Under the pieces are notes generated by a model. That model was not told the origin of the DNA and did no database searches. It was given only the letters and a program-made list of their open reading frames with translations. Positions 21,525-31,117 of a stretch of 64,000 nucleotides of DNA are shown piece by piece. This DNA comes from Candidatus Binataceae bacterium (lineage in GTDB: Bacteria > Desulfobacterota > Binatia > Binatales > Binataceae), in the NCBI GenBank assembly GCA_050736615.1, contig JBOHWL010000123.1, positions 27,384 through 91,383 on the forward strand, read 5' to 3'. The position numbers were made by a program, and so were the translations under genes. The stretch's first letter is position 1; each line of letters opens with the position of its first letter.

Positions 21525-21580
21525 GAGTACCCCAACAGCGCTGAATCCCAGCGGGTTAGTTCAGTGCTGTTGGGATGCTT
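21525..21580. terminator. Bidirectional terminator-like hairpin between convergent M16 peptidase and NHL-protein genes
   Basis: CCCAACAGCGCTGAA...TTCAGTGCTGTTGGG inverted repeat (one mismatch). Confidence 0.4.
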
Positions 21581-21624
21581 GCGGGCCAAGCCGACGTGGT
21601 TGGCTCTTGAAGTAGCTGTTCGTG

Positions 21625-24600
21625 TTAGATTTTTCCGACGAGCGCGACGAGCCTGACGCCCTTCTTTTCTTTGGTCCGCTTCACTTTCCCTGGCTTCTTG
21701 GCTGGCTTTTGTTTCACCTTTTTTACCTTGACGAGCCCTCTGAGCGACACGGTCTGGGGTGAATTTAAAGCATTATCGTAAATTTCCAGACTGCCTCCCT
21801 GAAGGCCGCCCGAGGTCCCGCTGAAGGTCATTGCAATCACGCAGCGTCCTCCCGGTGGCAACAGGAGGCCCGGCGTGCATGAGCTGGACGAGATCGCGAA
21901 ACCGGAGCCATCGCCGGTGATTGCGACGTTCTCGATGGTGACGGCCGCAGCGCGTTTGCTTCGCGGATTGATAAGGTTGACGACGCGCGGCGCACTGACT
22001 GCGGGCGACGTCCGCGCCAACTGAACGCGAAAACCAACAACCCTCGGACGCGTCACCAGATTAACCGCGACTTGCGGAAGGGAAAGCGTTGGGGTGGGCG
22101 TGGGCTGCCGCGGCGGAGCCAATGTTGGCGTGGGATCAGGGGTCAGGGTGGGTGTGCTGGCGGGAGTGACCGTTGGAGTAGCCGTCGGCGTGGGAGTGGA
22201 GGTGGGCGTGACGGTGGGTGTCGGTGCGGTAGTTGGCGTTATGGTGACAGTCGCGGTCGGTGTTGCCGAAGGAGTCGGCGTGGCATTGTCGAACTCCAGC
22301 ACGCGGTTGTTGCCGGCATCCGCGACATAAAGGTTTTGCGAGGCGTCGATCGCGGTCGCTCCGGCGTAGGCCGGCGTTGCGCCAGGATTGGTTTGAAAGC
22401 ACAGGCTGGCGGGACTGGCGTCGTCGGGTCCGTTGCCTAGATTGCATGAAGAGCCGCTGAAGTCGGTCTGTCCGAGGACTTGGGTGGCCGAAACGCTGCC
22501 CGGCGCATATTTCAGGATGCGATTGTTGCCACCATCGACGATATAGACGCTGTTATCGCTCGCAACCGCCACGCCGACCGGATCGCAGAGCGTACTCGCG
22601 CTCGCGGCTCCGCTCGAATTGCAAGTGCCACTTGAGAAGTCTTTGCCATCGGTGCTTTGTCCGAATTCGAGCTTAGCGGGGAAACCGCCGGAGGGCATGG
22701 GGCTCGGCAATGGCATGTTGAACTCAAGTACGCGGCTGTTGCCGGTGTCGGCCACGTACAGATCGCCTTTGGAGTCTGCCGCAACCGCATCCGGATTACA
22801 CATGAGGTTGGCTGCGGGGGTGCTACCGCTGCCATCGGTGTTGCATTCAAGAGTGTTGAATGCGCCCGCCTGTCCGAAAACCACTGAGGCGGGTTCCGGC
22901 TGGACAGTTGACGGTGGAAATTCGAGTACCCGGCTATTCTTGGTGTCGGCGACAAAAAGGTCTCCACTACTATCTAGGGCAACGCCCTGAGGGTCACATA
23001 GGTCGGACTGATCTAGTGTCGCATTTAGACTGGAGGAATAATTGTAATCACACGCATTCGTGCTGAAATCGCCTTGGCCGAAGACGCGATCGGCGGCATA
23101 CGGAGAATTGGTCGTCGAAGGATCCGTGAATTCGAGCACCCGATTGTTGAGCGGATCGGCTACATACAAATGATTCTTTCCGCTAACGGTTCCGAAGGCC
23201 AAACCCGGCTGTGACGTGCCGTCCGCGTTGCTGAAACACAAGGTCAAGGCGGTCGGTGGAGCGGCTTGTGGACTGCCGTTGCACAGACTTGACTTGAAAT
23301 CGGGCTGGCCAATTACCAGGGCGGGCAGCTTCTTTCCTATGAAGTCCGCTCGGCTTTTCCAACCCAGCACCCGGTTATTGCCCACGTCGGCGACGTAGAT
23401 GTAGCCGCTGTTCGGATCGGTTGCGATTCCCGCCGGATCGATGACGCCATTGGCATCGGTGAAATTGGGCGTCGTGGCGGAAAAACCGATTTGGCCCGCA
23501 ACGTAATCCGCGGCGGTGTCGCCAGCGGTTGCGGTTGGGCTGGGTTGCGGAGAGGCGTTGCCAGGCGCCAAATAGACCACCACGCGATTATTGGCCGCGT
23601 CAGCGACCATAAGATCGCCGGCGGTGTCGGCAGTCAGCCCCAGCGGAAAACCGAGCGGGTTCGATGGAGTAATGTCGAGATCGGTGTTTAGCTTCAACAC
23701 CGGGGCCGAGCTGCTGGTGCTACCTCGTGCATACTCGATAATCGTGCTAGTGCGCGGATTGGGCGGTGGCGGCGGTGGCGCAGACACCATATAGAGATTA
23801 TCGCCCGCGTCAAGCGCGATTCCCGCTGGCCCCACGTTATTGCCATGAGTCACAGTCGCATTCGGATCATTCGAAGGATTGTTAGCGGCGCCGAACGGAC
23901 CTGGATATTCGACCACACGATTGTTGCCAGGGTCGGAGGCGTAGAGATTGCCGCTCGTATCGACGCCGAGCCCCACTCCGTGAAAACCTTGCAGGCATAA
24001 TAAATTCAGGGCCGTTGCGGGTGGGGCACTGCCTTGGTCGCATTGGCTTGCGCCAACACCCGTTTGGCCGAACACCACGTCGGCGGTGACGTCGCCGGCG
24101 CCGGATGGAGACGGATTCGCGATAGGATCGAAATATTCCAGGATGCGGTTGTTGCCGGTATCGGCGACAAACAGGTTGTAGTTCTCATCGACGGCCAGAC
24201 CTTCGGGTGCACATAGATCTGTCGCATTGACGGTACCGCTGCTATCACAAGTCGCGGTGGTGGCATTAGGTTGGCCAAATACCATTCGGGCACTTAAAGG
24301 TGAGTTCTGATAGGGCGCCGCGAACAGGAGCACGCGGTTGTTGCCGGTATCAGCAACATAAAGATTATCTTTTCCGTCCACCACGAGCCCTTCGGGATCG
24401 CACAACGTGGTGGCGTTGGGAGCCGGCAGGCCTTGATTGCACCGGTAAGAGTAGACGTCCGCTTGGCCGATGACCAAATCCGCCGCGTTTCCGCCAATGA
24501 ACGAGTCGAAACTCTTCCATCCGAGTACGCGATTATTGCCCGAGTCCGCCACGAAAATGTGACCCGCGTCGTCGAGCGCGATAGCCGACGGTCGGTCCAA

Positions 24601-24774
24601 TCCTTGGGCATCGACGAAATTCGGCGCCGAGTTGGACAAATCGATTTGGCCGAAGACGTGGCTGGCAATGGGATCATTCGGCTGCGTCGTGCTAGCAGCC
24701 AGATACCCGGCGAAAGCTAGAAGAGCGGCGCCGAGCGCCACTATTCCGCCCGGCAATGAACGTGTGCGCTTCAT
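21625..24774 (-). CDS. Large secreted NHL-repeat beta-propeller protein with Pro/Thr-rich linker, C-terminal beta-sandwich-like domain and Lys-rich tail
   Basis: Signal peptide MKRTRSLPGGIVALGAALLAFAGYLAAS. More than 15 repeats of the (A)DxGNNRVLE(F/Y) NHL motif. Linker PTPSATPTATVTITPTTAPTPTVTPTSTPTPTATPTVTPASTPTLTP. Tail KVKKVKQKPAKKPGKVKRTKEKKG. Confidence 0.8.
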   Translation of the reverse strand: MKRTRSLPGGIVALGAALLAFAGYLAASTTQPNDPIASHVFGQIDLSNSAPNFVDAQGLDRPSAIALDDAGHIFVADSGNNRVLGWKSFDSFIGGNAADLVIGQADVYSYRCNQGLPAPNATTLCDPEGLVVDGKDNLYVADTGNNRVLLFAAPYQNSPLSARMVFGQPNATTATCDSSGTVNATDLCAPEGLAVDENYNLFVADTGNNRILEYFDPIANPSPSGAGDVTADVVFGQTGVGASQCDQGSAPPATALNLLCLQGFHGVGLGVDTSGNLYASDPGNNRVVEYPGPFGAANNPSNDPNATVTHGNNVGPAGIALDAGDNLYMVSAPPPPPPNPRTSTIIEYARGSTSSSAPVLKLNTDLDITPSNPLGFPLGLTADTAGDLMVADAANNRVVVYLAPGNASPQPSPTATAGDTAADYVAGQIGFSATTPNFTDANGVIDPAGIATDPNSGYIYVADVGNNRVLGWKSRADFIGKKLPALVIGQPDFKSSLCNGSPQAAPPTALTLCFSNADGTSQPGLAFGTVSGKNHLYVADPLNNRVLEFTDPSTTNSPYAADRVFGQGDFSTNACDYNYSSSLNATLDQSDLCDPQGVALDSSGDLFVADTKNSRVLEFPPSTVQPEPASVVFGQAGAFNTLECNTDGSGSTPAANLMCNPDAVAADSKGDLYVADTGNSRVLEFNMPLPSPMPSGGFPAKLEFGQSTDGKDFSSGTCNSSGAASASTLCDPVGVAVASDNSVYIVDGGNNRILKYAPGSVSATQVLGQTDFSGSSCNLGNGPDDASPASLCFQTNPGATPAYAGATAIDASQNLYVADAGNNRVLEFDNATPTPSATPTATVTITPTTAPTPTVTPTSTPTPTATPTVTPASTPTLTPDPTPTLAPPRQPTPTPTLSLPQVAVNLVTRPRVVGFRVQLARTSPAVSAPRVVNLINPRSKRAAAVTIENVAITGDGSGFAISSSSCTPGLLLPPGGRCVIAMTFSGTSGGLQGGSLEIYDNALNSPQTVSLRGLVKVKKVKQKPAKKPGKVKRTKEKKGVRLVALVGKI

Positions 24775-25081
24775 TGGATCGAAAGGCGAGAGCAACTCTA
24801 ACCTGCTATTTCTTACATTAACTTTCTATAGTTTAGGCGTCTTAGCATCTGTGTTCATTTATTTCAACTGATTTGCAATGGAAAGTAACAATAAGTGCCT
24901 TTCCGGTTTGATTCGCAATCTGGCGCGAGTTTTTCGTGATTTTTTCCGTTTGCGCGCCAGCGCGAAAGATGCCAAGGGATGATCGAAATATCTTAAAGAT
25001 CTTGTCGCATGACGCGATCGGCACGGAAGCCGTGCCGGGCTGTGAAACAATTCAATCCGCCGGATTTAAGGAGAACGGGCA

Positions 25082-25675
25082 ATGGGTAGCCGCCAACCAA
25101 CTAACGGCGAGACGCGGCCGATTTCGCCCACGAAGTTATCCCATGCCGTGTTTCGCACCACCCGCCTTGCGGAGATGGTGGAATGGTACAAGGCCGTGCT
25201 CAACGCCGAAGTCCTGTACGAGAGTGAATTTCTGGTGTTTATGACGTACGACGAGGAGCATCATCGGATTGCGTTAGCGGCGGTCCCGGGATTGACCGAA
25301 AAGCCGAAACGCAGTGCCGGCCTCGACCATCTCGCGTTTTTCTACGCGAGCTTCGCTGACTGGATTACCACCTACGAGCGGCTGAAGGCGGCGGGGATAA
25401 CGCCCCGCGTCCCGATTCATCATGGCTTGACGATGTCGTTGTATTACCGCGACCCCGACGATAATGGCGTCGAGTTGTCCATTGATAATGTCGAAAAGGC
25501 GATGTGGCACAGTTGGATGCGCGATCGGCTGAAAGAAAATCCGATGGGAATCGCGCTGGACCCCGACGAGTTGGCGCGCCAATATCACGCGGGAGTGCCG
25601 GAGTCTGAACTGCGGCGCTTCGAGGCTGGACCGCGCAAGCTCGACCCGGAAATCATGCGCCGCATGCTCGATTGA
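25082..25675 (+). CDS. VOC family protein (glyoxalase/bleomycin-resistance/extradiol dioxygenase fold)
   Basis: LSHAVFRTTRLAEMVEWYKAVLNAEV...HHRIALAAVPG...LDHLAFFY...YYRDPDDNGVELS is a paired beta-alpha-beta-beta-beta VOC module. Confidence 0.7.
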   Translation: MGSRQPTNGETRPISPTKLSHAVFRTTRLAEMVEWYKAVLNAEVLYESEFLVFMTYDEEHHRIALAAVPGLTEKPKRSAGLDHLAFFYASFADWITTYERLKAAGITPRVPIHHGLTMSLYYRDPDDNGVELSIDNVEKAMWHSWMRDRLKENPMGIALDPDELARQYHAGVPESELRRFEAGPRKLDPEIMRRMLD

Positions 25676-25792
25676 GAGGCGTAGGAAGAGCGCTGACGCT
25701 ATCACGTCGCACGATAACCTCTCAGGATGAAGATGTGGGGATGGGCGGCCTGACCTGAGCCGCTCATTTAATCTCTTTGAGGAGATCATCTC

Positions 25793-26713
25793 ATGGCAGC
25801 GACCGCACAAAGAATCTCTGGCTATGAAATTGATGTTGAAGACGTCGAGTATCTCCGCCACGGTGATACACCGCTGCTGGCTCGCATGTTCAAACCGCGA
25901 GGCGCCGGACCTTTTCCCGCCGTGGTCGAGCTTCACGGCGGTGCGTGGTGCCTGGGCGATCGCCTGCAGGACACGCGGATCAACGAGCAGCTAGCCCGTA
26001 GCGGTATCGTGGTGGCGGCGCTTGATTTTCGCGTGCCGCCGGTGGCGTCCTATCCCGGCTCCGTGATGGATATCAATTTTGGCCTACGCTGGTTCAAGCG
26101 CCAGGCAGCCAAATTGGGCAGCCGTCCCGACATGGTGTGCACTTTTGGCATCTCCAGCGGCGGACATTTGGCGATGCTGCTCGGAATGCGGCCGCGTGAT
26201 TCGCGCTATGTGGCCATCCCGCTGCCCGGCGATGGTATCGCGGCCGACGCGACGGTGCGCGGCGTGATCATGGGGGCCCCGGTAATCAATCCGCTGGGCC
26301 GCTATCGCTATGCGAAGGGGCTCAAAGAGAGTGGCAAATCTTATCCGGAGTTTGTGGATTTGGTGCTGCCGCTTCACGACAAATACTGGCAAACCGAAGA
26401 TGCGATGGCTGAGGGTAATCCGGTGATGGCATTGGAGCGCGGCGAACGGGTTGAGCTGCCGCCGGTACTCTACATTCAGGATAGCCGCGACATCGTACAT
26501 CCGCGGCCTCAGCTCGAGCGTTTCGTCGAATTATATCGCAAGGCCGGAGGCCAGGTTGACCTGGAACTGTTCGAGGGCGCCGGCGACGCCTTCGCGCCGC
26601 ACAACCCGCCGCACGCGTTGAGGCGCATGCTCGCGAAACAGGACCCCGCCTCGCCCGCGGCTGTTCGCGTTATCGAAAAAATGGTCGCGTTCGTCCGTGA
26701 GCATACGCGGTAA
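25793..26713 (+). CDS. alpha/beta hydrolase (esterase/lipase, hydrolase fold-3)
   Basis: VVELHGGAWCLGD is an oxyanion HGG motif. GISSGGHLA is the GxSxG nucleophile. Confidence 0.8.
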   Translation: MAATAQRISGYEIDVEDVEYLRHGDTPLLARMFKPRGAGPFPAVVELHGGAWCLGDRLQDTRINEQLARSGIVVAALDFRVPPVASYPGSVMDINFGLRWFKRQAAKLGSRPDMVCTFGISSGGHLAMLLGMRPRDSRYVAIPLPGDGIAADATVRGVIMGAPVINPLGRYRYAKGLKESGKSYPEFVDLVLPLHDKYWQTEDAMAEGNPVMALERGERVELPPVLYIQDSRDIVHPRPQLERFVELYRKAGGQVDLELFEGAGDAFAPHNPPHALRRMLAKQDPASPAAVRVIEKMVAFVREHTR

Positions 26714-26786
26714 GCAGGCTGGCGATGCCGGCGCGCATCGCGTGGGGGGCAAATAGCCTTGGCGATGCTCTGCCCAAGGGTGATTT

Positions 26787-26992
26787 TGTCATTCTGAGAG
26801 TGTGCGAAGATTTTGTTTTTCTGTCATTCCGAGCGCCACCAGCGGGAGCCGCTCCGTGCGGCGAAGCGAGCAGGCGAGTCGGCGAGCTGCGTATGAAACC
26901 GAGGAATCCCGGATCTTTTTGCTTTTCCTGTGTTTTTTCGGGATTCTTCACTCATCTAAACGCACGTCGCAGACTCTGACTCAGAACGCGAC
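26787..26992. repeat. Palindromic MITE-like repeat, copy 2
   Basis: Begins GTCATTCTGAGAGTGTGCGAAGATTTTGTTTTTCTGTCATTCCGAGC (near-identical to 8991-9040). Core GAGGAATCCCGGATCTTTTTGCTTTTCCTGTGTTTTTTCGGGATTCTTCAC matches 9045-9095. Confidence 0.8.
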
Positions 26993-27323
26993 TCGCCGAC
27001 TCTCCCGCTCTTTTGCGGGGGAGAAAGAGAGGGGGTGCAGGCTTGTGATTTATCAACAGCCTGCTAGAAAGCCCGCTTCGCTTTACCCGCGGACGTAAGG
27101 CGGCTGGCCAAACCCCCTGGCGCTCGTTATGGGCGCCCGCAGACACTTCGGAACTTTCCATCCCTTCGCACAGTTGAAATAGTGCTATAGTTTTCCGCAC
27201 GCGTGCCGCGTCTGTGAGTCCAGCACGCCGAGGCGTTGTGCGCTTCTTCGGAGCCGCGTGCGTCACGGCCAAATTGGCGAATCGATGCATTGGCGCAAAC
27301 CGGAGCAGGAGGCCCGTATCAAG

Positions 27324-28115
27324 ATGTGGCGAAGGATCGCCGTCTTTATCGTGTTGGCGTTAGCCGTTGTGCCTTTAATGAGTTGTCAGAAAGCACAGCC
27401 CAAGGCGGCCTTTGATCCCGCTACGGCGCAGTCCTTCTTCCCGCTCGTGGCAAACGCTACGTGGACTTATCAAATCAAGAGCAAAAGCCAGCGGGCCAAT
27501 TATGTCGTCACCGATCGAGTGCTGGGTGTCAAATACGTGCCGTCGTTGAACGTCACCGGCGAAGTGGTCGAAGAATACTACAATATGAACCGTGGCGGCA
27601 CACGCCCAATCGTGTATGTGACGAAAAACGGTTACCTGACCCGGCTGTCGGGGCTTGACTATAAGAAAAATTCGATTGAGGCGCCGGCCTGGGGCCGTTC
27701 TGAGGACGGCATGTTTCTGCCGCAGCGGTTGACCCCGAACCTGATCTGGAAAAACACAATTTTTCCGTTTGGCCATATGCCGGGATCATTCGATATCAAA
27801 CAGACCCATAGAAGTTACTTCGAAGCCGGCGAGGTGGTGGTGCCGGCGGGTCATTTCTCGAACTGCATCCGTATCGAAACCCAGGCCCAATACGAGGGCG
27901 GCACCTACGCAAAAATGAAGGCCAATATGCGGCTCATCTATAAGGATTGGTACGCGCCGCATGTCGGCCTGATCAAAACGGTGGCGTCGGAGGACCGGCC
28001 AAACGGCCGTGAGATGGAACAGGTCCAACTGCTTCGTTTCAACATTCCCAAAAACCAAGCCGCCGCTGATGGGACTACCGCCGCCGAGACGGATAGCGCG
28101 AAAACGTCACGATAA
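27324..28115 (+). CDS. Hypothetical lipoprotein (paralog 1 of a tandem pair)
   Basis: Signal peptide plus lipobox (AVVPLMSC). Shares long blocks with the next gene (ATWTYQIKSKSQRANYVVTDRVLG / YVPSLNVTGEVVEEYYN / GYLTRLSGL / IEAPAWG / PAGHFSNCIR / YAPHVGLIKT). Confidence 0.6.
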   Translation: MWRRIAVFIVLALAVVPLMSCQKAQPKAAFDPATAQSFFPLVANATWTYQIKSKSQRANYVVTDRVLGVKYVPSLNVTGEVVEEYYNMNRGGTRPIVYVTKNGYLTRLSGLDYKKNSIEAPAWGRSEDGMFLPQRLTPNLIWKNTIFPFGHMPGSFDIKQTHRSYFEAGEVVVPAGHFSNCIRIETQAQYEGGTYAKMKANMRLIYKDWYAPHVGLIKTVASEDRPNGREMEQVQLLRFNIPKNQAAADGTTAAETDSAKTSR

Positions 28116-28260
28116 GGTGAGGGGCCCGGCACTGCGTCTGTCTCCGCAAATCATCTCAAGACGGGCATTGCCGCTCTTTCCGCCGCTACGTTTGAAATGA
28201 TACGGTGCGTCACGGGTTCATCCGGCCTTAACCGTGAATAGAGGAGTCGCGTTGCCGAAG

Positions 28261-29043
28261 ATGTTTAGCAAGACGGTTGTGGCGCTGACAGCCGCGCTTA
28301 TGGCGGTTTCGGTGTGGGCCTGTATGGGCTCGTGGTCGTTCGAACCCTCGGCCAATTTTTTTCCGCTCAAGCCGAATGAAACCTGGAGCTATCGTATCCA
28401 GAGCAAGAGCCAGCGCGCGACTTATGTGATGACCGACCGGGTGGTCGGTTCCGAATATGTGCCCGCGCTCAAATTGACCGGTGAGGTGGTCGAGGAATAC
28501 TACAATTTTGATCGCGCCGGATTACGGCCGGTGGTCTATTATCAGCGGCACGGTTACCTTACGCGGCTGTCGGGCCTGGAGTTCAAGAATCATAAGATCG
28601 AAGCGCCGGCTTGGGGTAAATCACTGGACGCCGGCTTTTTGCCCGACCGCCTGTCGCCCGATATGGCTTGGAAGAACGCGCTGTTTCCATACGGCAAACT
28701 GCCAGGCGCATTTGAAGTAGCGCAAAGCCATAAAACCTATTCCGAGCGGCATGAGGTCGACGTACCGGCGGGCCATTTCCACAACTGTATCCGGGTTGTA
28801 ACCATGGCCGCGTACCAAGGCGGAGCGTATGCGGACCAGAAGCAGCCATTAAAGCTGGCTTATGTCGATTGGTATGCGCCCAACGTCGGGCTGGTGCGGA
28901 CAATTGCCTATCAAGGCGGCCTCAACGGTCCCGAAATGGAGCGGGTTGAACTGATTCGCTTCAATGATGGAAGCAAGCGCGCCGCAGCCACCAAGACGTC
29001 AAAGGCGCCTCCATCCGAATCAATGCAGGCCAAAGCGCGATAA
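28261..29043 (+). CDS. Hypothetical lipoprotein/secreted protein (paralog 2 of the tandem pair)
   Basis: MFSKTVVALTAALMAVSVWAC signal. ETWSYRIQSKSQRATYVMTDRVVG / YVPALKLTGEVVEEYYN / GYLTRLSGL / IEAPAWG / PAGHFHNCIR / YAPNVGLVRT. Confidence 0.6.
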   Translation: MFSKTVVALTAALMAVSVWACMGSWSFEPSANFFPLKPNETWSYRIQSKSQRATYVMTDRVVGSEYVPALKLTGEVVEEYYNFDRAGLRPVVYYQRHGYLTRLSGLEFKNHKIEAPAWGKSLDAGFLPDRLSPDMAWKNALFPYGKLPGAFEVAQSHKTYSERHEVDVPAGHFHNCIRVVTMAAYQGGAYADQKQPLKLAYVDWYAPNVGLVRTIAYQGGLNGPEMERVELIRFNDGSKRAAATKTSKAPPSESMQAKAR

Positions 29044-29065
29044 CCGCCGCGCCTCGCCGCATCTT

Positions 29066-29346
29066 CACCTCTCCCAGCGGAGCAAATAGCCGATGCCGCT
29101 CTTTACCTCTCCTAGTCGGGAGAGGTCGCACGGCGATTTTGCCGCGCGGGTGAGGGGCAATTTGAAAGCATCCGCTGAATCCGCTCCCGCACTTGCCCGC
29201 GACCGTAGACGAGCGCTGCGCGGATATGGCACAGATTGCGCCTACACGGTTCTGCGCTTCTGGAACAACGAAATCATCGGTAATATCGAAGGGATGCTGC
29301 AAAGCATCTTCGACTATCTTTGAGATCTCTCGCCCGCGCCTGGGAG
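29066..29346 (+). pseudogene. DUF559 (very-short-patch-repair endonuclease-like) C-terminal remnant inside a small inverted-repeat-bounded element
   Basis: ORF 29093-29323 ends ...RALRGYGTDCAYTVLRFWNNEIIGNIEGMLQSIFDYL, the DUF559 C-terminal signature, but is only 76 aa. Flanked by CACCTCTCCCAGCGG (29066) and CGCCTGGGAGAGGTA (29332) inverted repeats, with an internal hairpin CCTCTCCTAGTCGGGAGAGG. Confidence 0.55.
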
Positions 29347-29359
29347 AGGTATTGAGACG

Positions 29360-29980
29360 TTAGCCGTTGGGCGGGGCGGGCGGGCTGCTCGTTTCGGACC
29401 CGACTTTATTACCGCGTTTAGGATAAATGACCGCGACCGCGTCAATATAGAAGCCGTTATGACCCGGTTCGCCGATTCGGCGCGTATGCTCCACCGCCCT
29501 GATGTATGAACCCGGATCAGAGTAGCCATTTTCCGAAGTGACCTTGTTCATGGTCTCGTTGGGTGTGGCGCCGTAAAGCAGATGCTTGATGTCCTGATGG
29601 TCGCTATTGAGAATCACCAGTGCGTCGGCGCCGGTTTCGCAGGCTTTGCTGCGCAAGGCGGGCAGCACGTTTTTCGTATTGTCCTTGAGGTCCGCCCAGG
29701 CCTCCACGATCGCAATCTGTTTTACATCTCCCACCGGCATGTGCTCGAGCACCGGCATCGCGCAGTCCGGTCCTTTGGCGGCGTGAATATAGGGAGCCAA
29801 TTGGGTGACATCGACCTGCATCGGGGTCTTGGTCGCGCAACCGTCGATGGATGGACTGAACACCAGGCAGAGCAGGCCAGCCAGCGCCAAGACCCGCGCG
29901 CTGCGTCCCTTAGTGAACGCGCCGAGTGTAACGATGTCGAGCCGGTCAAAAGAATTCGCCACGCGCGTCAAAATCCGCAT
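29360..29980 (-). CDS. Hypothetical lipoprotein
   Basis: Internal start gives MRILTRVANSFDRLDIVTLGAFTKGRSARVLALAGLLCLVFSPSIDGCA, a signal peptide plus lipobox. The N-terminal extension of ORF to 30253 is judged non-coding. Confidence 0.4.
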   Translation of the reverse strand: MRILTRVANSFDRLDIVTLGAFTKGRSARVLALAGLLCLVFSPSIDGCATKTPMQVDVTQLAPYIHAAKGPDCAMPVLEHMPVGDVKQIAIVEAWADLKDNTKNVLPALRSKACETGADALVILNSDHQDIKHLLYGATPNETMNKVTSENGYSDPGSYIRAVEHTRRIGEPGHNGFYIDAVAVIYPKRGNKVGSETSSPPAPPNG

Positions 29981-30190
29981 TCGGAAGGTCCGACCCTGGC
30001 CGGCTTGCGGATTCGCTCGTAGCACGGAGCCGCGTTTAGAACCGGAAAAATTGCAAGCCATATGTCGCTCCATCGAGAGGCCGTGCGCCTCAGCATAACT
30101 GAAAATCGGCTGGGCGCTAACCTCCGGCATCAGGTTGCGGCGCCGCTCGCGCATATGTTGCGTGTGGACTGGCTGTAGTATGCTTAACCC

Positions 30191-31105
30191 ATGCGGCGAA
30201 TCGCGCAGTTTGCACTTGCCGTATGGTTCGCAATTGTCACGGGCCTGGTGCAAGCGTGTGCGGGGCCGGCTTCAAGTGTGAATTTGCACACCCACGGTGC
30301 TTCGTCTGCGAGCACCGCCAGTTCCTTCGCGCCCGGTACTTACCCGGCATATCCATCCGCCAACTCCAGCCGCAGCGCTACCGGGTCGCGGGCTGATGCG
30401 AGTTCCTCCACGGGCTCAATCAGCTATCCGCCCGCCGTGAGTCCGGATGATTCGACGACTGGCTACACTAAAAATACGAGTGAGAGCGAGACACTGACGA
30501 ACTATCTCAAGCATCATCGCTTGCCGCTGGTCGGCGCGGAGGTGCTGAACGGGCCAAACGGCAAGCGGAAAGTAATGTTGTATGGCTTTGTCGCGACTAA
30601 TTTCGGCAAGGCGGACGCGGTCACCAAGACGCGCAGTTTCCTGCGCGACTCGAACCTCGCCGTGGATAATCGCGTGAATGTACGGCCTGAGTTGTTGGCG
30701 TCGGGAAGTTCTTCTTCGCCGAGCACACCCCCGGCTGCCACGAGCAGCGGCAGTTCGAGCGCGACCGGCGCATATCCAGGCGTACGCGGCTACATGGCGC
30801 AGGAGCAACAAGAGCAGGCGCTGGCGCAGCAACAATATGGCGGCGGCTCAACACTCAGCATGGTGCTGCCGCTCATAGCGCTGATTGGCGTTTTGGGCGC
30901 GGGCATCGCGACCGGCGGCGGTATTGGCGGCTTCGGCGGCACGATGGGGCCGTCGCCGGGCTTCTCACCTTATAACCCGTTCCCAACCTATCCCTCACCC
31001 GGATATCCAGGCTATTCAATTTCACCGCCGTATTCAGGCTATCCACCGGCGCCGCCGTACACCGGTTTTTCCGCCACTTCTCCCGGTTTTCCGCCGTATC
31101 CGTGA
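30191..31105 (+). CDS. Secreted low-complexity protein with probable BON domain and Pro/Tyr/Gly-rich C-terminus
   Basis: Signal peptide MRRIAQFALAVWFAIVTGLVQAC. The segment LTNYLKHHRLPLVGAEVLNGPNGKRKVMLYGFVATNFGKADAVTKTRSFL is BON-like. A hydrophobic Gly-rich segment is followed by YPSPGYPGYSISPPYSGYPPAPPYTGF. Confidence 0.5.
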   Translation: MRRIAQFALAVWFAIVTGLVQACAGPASSVNLHTHGASSASTASSFAPGTYPAYPSANSSRSATGSRADASSSTGSISYPPAVSPDDSTTGYTKNTSESETLTNYLKHHRLPLVGAEVLNGPNGKRKVMLYGFVATNFGKADAVTKTRSFLRDSNLAVDNRVNVRPELLASGSSSSPSTPPAATSSGSSSATGAYPGVRGYMAQEQQEQALAQQQYGGGSTLSMVLPLIALIGVLGAGIATGGGIGGFGGTMGPSPGFSPYNPFPTYPSPGYPGYSISPPYSGYPPAPPYTGFSATSPGFPPYP

Positions 31106-31117
31106 GGCGTTTGCACG

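Noticed and set aside
22094-22330. ORF encoding GVGVEVGVTVGVG repeats
   Set aside because: Antisense of the Pro/Thr linker of the NHL-repeat protein.
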